Shown here: piece after piece, positions 59,087 through 64,000 of the stretch
How the letters are laid out: every line of letters begins with the position of its first letter
Position numbering within the stretch: position 1 is the first letter of the stretch
Assembly: GCA_965206645.1 (NCBI GenBank)
Contig: CBDBKE010000004.1
Span: 1,344,001-1,408,000, forward strand
Direction: 5' to 3'
DNA length: 64,000 bases
From: Terriglobia bacterium
Lineage (GTDB): Bacteria > Acidobacteriota > Terriglobia > JAJPHL01 > JAPKYU01
The notes under the pieces: model-generated
What the model saw: the letters and a program-made list of their open reading frames with translations, nothing else
Told to the model about the DNA's origin: nothing
The model's database searches: none
Program-made: the position numbers and the translations under genes

Positions 59087-61072
59087 CTATGGTTCTTTCT
59101 TGGATCCTTCTTTTTCGGACCCTTCTTTTTTGGACCCTTCCGGCGCATCCCCTTCCGGCGCATCTGGCTTCAACACCGGCTTCAACACCATCAAGGGAAT
59201 CTCTCGAACCAGCGAGGGCGCGCCGATCTTCCCTTCCACAACAGACCGGGCCATCACACGTAGCACCTGCGGAAGGCGCGTCAGCGGAGCGTCGGCGCTC
59301 GCCGCCAGCAGAATGATGGCCTTCTGACTCTTCGGCAAATACAGCTCTTTTTCGCCATCATTGAGCGGATGTGGGGTCTCCTCTTCCACTTGGGTCGCGG
59401 TGGAAACACGGACTCCCGGCGGGAGATTCTCCACTTCCAGCGAGATGTCACCGGAGTAGCCTTCTTCCTGCTCGGTGATGACCGTGAGCTTTACGGCCTG
59501 CCCGCGAGCCAGATTGATTCGGCTTTCCTTTACCTCGATCTTGCCCATGTGCGGGATCTGGGGCCGGATCAGGATTCGGTATCGAAAGCTGGAGCTACCG
59601 TTCCGCGCCGTCAGGTCCCTCACCTGAAGGAGGTACTCTTCGTCGTTTCCGAACGCGTAGATCGTTTTCGGCTCGATTCGCTTGATCCAGTCATCGCCGT
59701 CGCCTGCAATCCACCGGTAAATGTTCGTCACCAACTCCCGCTCCCCGTTTGCGTCCAGCACTCTGATCTTCGGGTTGAAGACGGGCGGAGGCGCATCCGG
59801 TGTCTCGATTTCGAAGGCCAGCTTCCGCGCCCCTGCCACGCGAATCTTGAAGAAATCAACGTCGCCAGGGCGGTCAATGACGCCTTCCACCAGTGCCGGA
59901 AGCCTCACTTCGAGCGCCTGGTTGGGCGCATCGTTGGGTTCTTGCTCCGCCGCGCGGACAGCGGCGTCACTCGCAAATGCGGGATCGCTGCTCTGGGCCT
60001 TTGGCACATCTGGCCCAGTTGTCTGCGCGCCAAACGAACTGCTTTCCGCCGCAGCCTTCTCGGCTTGCTGCGTCGGCACGGTTCGCGAGAGCAGCAGCTC
60101 CAGGCGACTTGGCTCCAGTTTTCGCTCGAAGGAGCGCTTGAAAACGTCCACCGTGAACGATTCCTCCGGAAGGACGGGCGGAGCGTCCCCAGGGCCTGCC
60201 AGGAGCTGGTACGAGTATTGAGGACGGTAAATGTTGAGGAAGGAGCTCACGGCCAGCAGGTACCGGCCGGACTTCGGAAAACGGTAGCGAAGGACGCTGA
60301 CCGGTTCCAGCGCGATCGGCGGGTAGACGACCGCGAGCCGTCGCCCGCGATGGGCTTCGAACCAACTGCTGCCGGGTTCCTCCAGCGTGAGCTGCGGCCC
60401 AAATTGCCGGCCCGCTGCGAGGCCGTCTCCACCGGCGCGCATCACAGCGACGAACCGAAGCTCCTGGCCTTCGTCAACCTCGAACGAGTAGTAGTCGAGC
60501 TCTCCTTCCTGGCTGATCCGCCCTGTGAGTACCGCCGGCAGAGTCAGAGGCTGCGCTTCCGGCGGTGTACTGTGCGGGTTGCGTGTTTCGAGGACCACCG
60601 GCCCAGTATGGACGAAGAAAGAGAACTGGTTGGAAACACCCTTGGGAGACACCAGCCGTAGCGAGTGGCGCCCAGGGGGGGCGGCCGGGTCCACATTCAC
60701 TTTCACCGAAACCCGATGGCCGCGGAGTCCCTTTTTCACTTCCGCCTCATCCTCGGGCGTCACCTTCAGCTCGATCTCTTTGACTGTCTCCACCTTCCCC
60801 GTCAGCAAGGGACTGCTGAACCAAACCGCATGAGTGCCCTCCAGAACGCGGCCCTGAAGCTCGACTTCGACACTTGATCCCTGCTGTGCTGCCGTCGGGA
60901 AGATAGAGAGCAGCTCCGGGGTCTTGGGTCGGTCTTTCTCCTTCGCCTCCGCCGCGCCAAGCGGCACTTGGGCCACGAGCAGGCAACAGAAGAAAAGCGC
61001 CGTGATGGACACACGCCTCCGCGGTGTTGCGCTATGCACTGACGGTCGCACTCTCTTCATCGTCAGAAGCAC
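59087..61072 (-). CDS. Secreted PPC (pre-peptidase C-terminal) repeat protein
   Basis: Signal peptide, EQEPND, GVIDRPGDVDFF, GELDYYSF. Confidence 0.75.
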   Translation of the reverse strand: MLLTMKRVRPSVHSATPRRRVSITALFFCCLLVAQVPLGAAEAKEKDRPKTPELLSIFPTAAQQGSSVEVELQGRVLEGTHAVWFSSPLLTGKVETVKEIELKVTPEDEAEVKKGLRGHRVSVKVNVDPAAPPGRHSLRLVSPKGVSNQFSFFVHTGPVVLETRNPHSTPPEAQPLTLPAVLTGRISQEGELDYYSFEVDEGQELRFVAVMRAGGDGLAAGRQFGPQLTLEEPGSSWFEAHRGRRLAVVYPPIALEPVSVLRYRFPKSGRYLLAVSSFLNIYRPQYSYQLLAGPGDAPPVLPEESFTVDVFKRSFERKLEPSRLELLLSRTVPTQQAEKAAAESSSFGAQTTGPDVPKAQSSDPAFASDAAVRAAEQEPNDAPNQALEVRLPALVEGVIDRPGDVDFFKIRVAGARKLAFEIETPDAPPPVFNPKIRVLDANGERELVTNIYRWIAGDGDDWIKRIEPKTIYAFGNDEEYLLQVRDLTARNGSSSFRYRILIRPQIPHMGKIEVKESRINLARGQAVKLTVITEQEEGYSGDISLEVENLPPGVRVSTATQVEEETPHPLNDGEKELYLPKSQKAIILLAASADAPLTRLPQVLRVMARSVVEGKIGAPSLVREIPLMVLKPVLKPDAPEGDAPEGSKKEGSEKEGSKKEP

Positions 61073-61407
61073 CCGCTCAGATGCGTACCCCTGTTCAGTC
61101 TGTCGTCGGTAGCTTGGGTGCAGGCCTATCCCCCTCCGGAGAACTCCGTCTAATATCTTCCAACCTATTGACTTTAAATGTCAAGGCAATTCGGGATACG
61201 GTGCAGACGCACCCCAGTTGGCGCCTTGAATCCGAGGCCGGGCTATGGGCAGCAGGAAGAGAGCACCTACAGCCGGTATTTCAGGTCGGTCTGCTATCAT
61301 GACACCGTTTCTGTCGACAATCAGAGGGAGATTGTCAAAGTACTGGCCTAAGCGCGAGAGCAGGCCCGAAGGCCTGCCCGATTCGAAACCACAAGCGAGG
61401 TTTTCAG

Positions 61408-61887
61408 ATGAAGATTCGAAAAGTGCAGATCTGCATCATTGTGAAAGACCTGGAAGCGGCCATGGAGAAATACCAGCGTCTGTTCGGAGTCGGACCCTTT
61501 TCCGTCTATACGGTCGACACATCGCAGATGCGCGGAGTCACCTATCGCGGACAGCCCGCGAATTACCTGGAGCGGGTGGGTATCGCCAATTTCTCCGGCG
61601 TCCTGCTAGAACTTCTCGAATTCCAAGGAGGCGAGAGCATCTACAGGGAGTTTGTGGACAAGCACGGCGAAGGCGTGCAGCACATCGGGCTGGTTGTCGA
61701 GGACTATGAGGTTGCTTTCCAACAGATGCTCGACCAGGGATTCCATCACTCTCAGGGCGGTCCGATTGAGGGTTTAAACAGAGACGGGAGCTTTGACTTC
61801 TTCGACACCGAGAAGCAGCTGGGAACTACTTTCGAGCTACTGGACTTCCCGGAGCAACTGGCGGCGAGCACGAACCTGGAGGTGTGA
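61408..61887 (+). CDS. VOC/glyoxalase family protein (methylmalonyl-CoA epimerase-like)
   Basis: QICIIVKDLE, LELLE, GEGVQHIG, TFELL. Confidence 0.85.
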   Translation: MKIRKVQICIIVKDLEAAMEKYQRLFGVGPFSVYTVDTSQMRGVTYRGQPANYLERVGIANFSGVLLELLEFQGGESIYREFVDKHGEGVQHIGLVVEDYEVAFQQMLDQGFHHSQGGPIEGLNRDGSFDFFDTEKQLGTTFELLDFPEQLAASTNLEV

Positions 61888-62005
61888 ACCCCGCCGTCCA
61901 AGTAGCAAGCAGCCTGCATGGGCCACGCCTGATCTTTGGAACTACCAGATCTTCGAAGGAACTACCAGATCTGCGAAATCTTCGAAGCTACAGGAGGTGT
62001 ACACC

Positions 62006-63676
62006 TTGGGCTTTTCCCGTCGTAGATTTCTGAAAGGACTGGCCGTTTCTGCGACTGCACCCGCGGCAGCGGCAAGAACAGAGCGGGCTGCGACGCCAGA
62101 GGTATGCGTTAAACCGCGGAAGGAGACACACGAATTCGACGTGGTGGTCATCGGCGGCGGATCGGCAGGTTGCGTCGTAACTAATCGGCTTTGCGAAGGA
62201 TCAAGTCTTTCGGTTTGTCTGGTCGAAGGGGGACCAGATTACGGACCGGCGAACAGTGGTCAGTGGCCGGCGGAGTTGCTGGACGTCCGATATCCGCCCC
62301 CTACGCACGACTGGGGATACTTTGAAGAGCGTTACGGCAGCAGGATCGCGCCGGAATCTCGTGCAAGAGTGATCGGGGGGTGCTCCTCACACAACATGGG
62401 CGCAGCGATGTGGGGACTGCCCGAGGACTACGACCGGTGGGCGCGCGCCGGGAATCCCGGTTGGACTTACGCCGAACTCCAGTCGGGCATCGATCAAGTC
62501 GAGAAGGCCAGCAACGGTCCGGCGGCCCAGTATCGCGGCCACCATGGGCTGCTGCCCACCCAACCTCTTACAGACACTCAACTGAACCTTTGGTCGCGAT
62601 CATTTTTAGAATCAGCCCACGCGGCTGGGTTCGAGCGACTGCACGATTTGAGCGTTCCACAGCCAACTGAAGGTGTGGCTCCGCTCCACCTTAGCGCCCG
62701 CAACGCGGTTCGCTGGAACGCGGCAGTCGCCTTCCTGGACCCCGTCCGGAATCGGCGCAATCTTACGATTCTCGACAATTTCTTGGCAGACCGGTTGTTG
62801 ATTCACCAGGATAAAGCTATCGCACTGCTCGGCCGGCGTGGAGACAACGTGGTGGAATTGCGCGCATCGAGGTTCGTCTTCTGCGCCGGAACCTACGGTT
62901 CGCCTGCGATTCTCATGCGCAGCGGCATCGGTCCGGCGAAGAACCTTACTGAGTCGGGAATAGCGGTGCGGATGGAGTTACCGGGGATCGGGCGGAACTT
63001 GCAGGATCACCCAGGTGTGGTCGTACTTTTCCAGCGCACACCGGTGGCCAGCGAGGCGCTCAAAGAAGAGCTCGCCAGCTGCCGGTTCTATGCGGCTCAG
63101 GCCATGCTGCGGGTGCGCAGTCCCTACGCGCGGGATGGGTTTGACCTGCATTTGCCGGCCGTGCAACGCCTGAACGGGAACGGGGAGTGGATCTCCGCCG
63201 TTGTGGTCTTCAACGTGGCGCCACGCTCACGCGGCCAGGTCCAGGTGCTTGGACCCGAGCCGCAATTGCCGCTTCGCATTCAGAAGCGATTTTTGACCGA
63301 CCCAGAGCAGCAGGACATTGCGGCGCTTGCACACGGGATACAGGTAGCCCGTCGGGTGGCGCGGCAGAAGCCCTTGGCAGATGCCGTTGCCCGAGAAGTT
63401 TTCCCGGGGGAAACTGTCCGAAAAGAAACTGAGGTTCACGCCTACATTCGGCGGATGCTAAGGAACTATAACCACGCCTGTGGGACGTGCAAGATGGGCC
63501 CCAGCTCCGACCCCAACACGGCAGTCGATAGTTCTGGGCGGGTGCACGGCATCTCAAATGCATGGGTCGCGGACGCCTCCATAATCCCGCACATTCCACG
63601 AGTCCCTATCAATCTGACCTGTATGCTCATCGGGCTGCGCATCGCCGACAAACTTCTGTCGCAGCGCACCGGCTGA
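62006..63676 (+). CDS. GMC oxidoreductase with Tat signal
   Basis: SRRRFLK, GGGSAG, GGCSSHN, GRNLQDH, HACGTCKMG, ADASIIP; TTG after AGGAGG. Confidence 0.92.
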   Translation: MGFSRRRFLKGLAVSATAPAAAARTERAATPEVCVKPRKETHEFDVVVIGGGSAGCVVTNRLCEGSSLSVCLVEGGPDYGPANSGQWPAELLDVRYPPPTHDWGYFEERYGSRIAPESRARVIGGCSSHNMGAAMWGLPEDYDRWARAGNPGWTYAELQSGIDQVEKASNGPAAQYRGHHGLLPTQPLTDTQLNLWSRSFLESAHAAGFERLHDLSVPQPTEGVAPLHLSARNAVRWNAAVAFLDPVRNRRNLTILDNFLADRLLIHQDKAIALLGRRGDNVVELRASRFVFCAGTYGSPAILMRSGIGPAKNLTESGIAVRMELPGIGRNLQDHPGVVVLFQRTPVASEALKEELASCRFYAAQAMLRVRSPYARDGFDLHLPAVQRLNGNGEWISAVVVFNVAPRSRGQVQVLGPEPQLPLRIQKRFLTDPEQQDIAALAHGIQVARRVARQKPLADAVAREVFPGETVRKETEVHAYIRRMLRNYNHACGTCKMGPSSDPNTAVDSSGRVHGISNAWVADASIIPHIPRVPINLTCMLIGLRIADKLLSQRTG

Positions 63677-63711
63677 ACCCTCGGGGATCACATCGGCCCG
63701 ATAACCAAAGA

Positions 63712-64000
63712 TTAAAGCCGGGGTTTCCGTTCTAAGGCCAGTACAGGCCAGGTGTCTTTTTCCTGTTCGCGATGGTGGCCGATAAGCATTAGTACATGTT
63801 GTGCCTGAAGGCGTCCAAGTGGGCCACTGGAATATGTTGCATTGACCACTTTCCTGTCGCGCAAGATGAAATTGGCAGGTTGAAAGCAACCGTGCCCACT
63901 ATCAAAGTAACCACCGATCTTATCGGCTTCTTTCCGCACATCCAGCCCGTAAATTACCGGAAAAGTGAGGTTGTGCTTTTCAACCATTTTTCGCCCGTGT
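63712..64000 (-). CDS. Redoxin/AhpC-TSA family protein (3' part; 5' end probably outside the window)
   Basis: LTFPVIYG, QPANFIL, YSSGPLGRL. Confidence 0.6.
   Translation of the reverse strand, partial: HGRKMVEKHNLTFPVIYGLDVRKEADKIGGYFDSGHGCFQPANFILRDRKVVNATYSSGPLGRLQAQHVLMLIGHHREQEKDTWPVLALERKPRL

Overview
High-GC bacterial chromosome segment, most likely Acidobacteriota (inferred from EF-Tu, L14 and other ribosomal protein signatures). Positions 1-19.6 kb hold a minus-strand translation supercluster: rplM-rpsI-rpsB-tsf-pyrH-frr, followed directly by the str, S10 and spc operons ending in a partial secY. The rest is housekeeping and accessory genes: acnA, a glucosylglycerate-synthase-like glycosyltransferase, a NikR-linked ECF Ni/Co transporter, a MacB/LolD-type ABC module, DUF4139, hydantoinase/oxoprolinase A+B, an IS3 element breaking an FHA gene, PP2C, NUDIX, a LysW-like protein, gatCA, dciA, maf, tatA, dacB, hemB, ppa, msrB, a DUF1501/DUF1549-DUF1553/PPC cluster and a Tat-exported GMC oxidoreductase. 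I saw no rRNA, tRNA or CRISPR array. The most notable signals are: (1) dense short tandem micro-duplications across the window, frame-preserving inside genes, alongside several deletion-type gene remnants; (2) a reciprocal N>S / S>N swap in the G4 and G5 guanine-binding motifs of EF-Tu; (3) a probable AUU start codon for nikR; (4) periodic hairpin repeat elements, one read in frame at the start of hyuB; (5) a long structured rpsL leader; (6) a LysW-like protein with a poly-Glu tail and no EDWGE terminus. I found no unambiguous new multi-gene system. All family assignments come from motif recognition, not database searches.
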